NCBI RefSeq assembly: GCF_006345805.1
Contig: NC_043014.1
Span: 18,600,001-18,664,000, forward strand
DNA: 64,000 nucleotides
Direction: 5' to 3'
From: Octopus sinensis
Lineage: Eukaryota
In this document: piece after piece, positions 63,400 through 64,000 of the stretch
Numbering within the stretch: the stretch's first letter is position 1
Layout of the letters: each line of letters starts with the position of its first letter
Translations under genes and position numbers: made by a program
Notes under the pieces: generated by a model
Seen by the model: the letters and a program-made list of their open reading frames with translations, nothing else
Told to the model about the DNA's origin: nothing
Databases searched by the model: none

Positions 63400-64000
63400 T
63401 GTCCCACTAGATCGATAAGAGGTAGACCCCCCCACCCACTAAATCTTCCATGGCTAAGAAAATAGAACGAGTGGACCAGAGCTATACGCACCTCAGAAAA
63501 TAATGATCAAGTTAAAAATATGGTCGCACATGCGGTGGGTGCGAGTACCAAGACCACACTCAAGGACCATATATTTAATTTCAATAATAAGATATACGCC
63601 CAAGGAGAAGGTGCAGCCGTAGGTGTCAGTATTGCTGACAATGTGGCTAACCTATTTATGGTATGGTGGGATAGGAGACTTAAAGAGAAATTAGCAGAGA
63701 ACTCCATAAACCTAACCGTGTACTCTCGCTATGTGGATGATATCAACATAGTATCTAGAGCAACCCTACAAGACAATGTTGATGATGTAGAAGCCTACAC
63801 TATGGAGAGCATCCATCAAATATCTATCTCCATCCATCAGAATATAGAAATAAAGATAGACTATCCTAGTAAGCACCCAAGCTATACATTATCCATTTTA
63901 GACACTGAACTCTAGCAAGAATCGAAGAACGGTAAGGTCCAGATCCTTCACTCTCATTATGCCAAAACCATGGCATAAAATACATTGTTCACAAGAGCAC
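63400..64000 (+). pseudogene. Penelope-like reverse transcriptase fragment (runs to window end)
   Basis: HIFNFNNKIYAQGEGAAVGVSIADNVANLFMVWWD…YSRYVDDINIV…DYPSKHPSYTLSILDTEL*: PLE-type QG-x-G motif and YVDD. Confidence 0.88.

Overview
Eukaryotic, AT-rich, extremely microsatellite-dense window that is almost entirely non-coding and transposon-derived. It is most likely from an octopus or other coleoid cephalopod; this is an inference from my recollection of these tRNA-SINE families plus the repeat landscape, and no search was run. No intact host gene is visible, and nearly all ORFs in the supplied track are translations of (TA)n/(CA)n/(TACA)n or triplet repeats. Recognisable coding remnants are all mobile elements: a near full-length Penelope-like element (PLE; RT + GIY-YIG, 55.4-58.5 kb, minus), three further PLE fragments, Helitron Rep/helicase fragments inside a compound Helitron array, DD37D, mariner and Tc1 transposase remnants, and several RLE-type (R4/Dong-like) LINE fragments. 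There are also at least five tRNA-headed SINE families and two palindromic MITEs. The most interesting signal is a set of minimal type-I hammerhead-ribozyme-like folds found by eye. They lie at PLE termini, where the core position 3-8 pair appears as C-G, G-C and U-A, and inside a tRNA-headed (Pol III) SINE that has a PLE-style inverted duplication, suggesting a hammerhead-bearing SINE mobilised by Penelope machinery. Weaker leads are a frame-compatible chain of minus-strand microexons and a possible ancient ND4/ND5 NUMT. TE boundaries are approximate unless a TSD or terminus is quoted.
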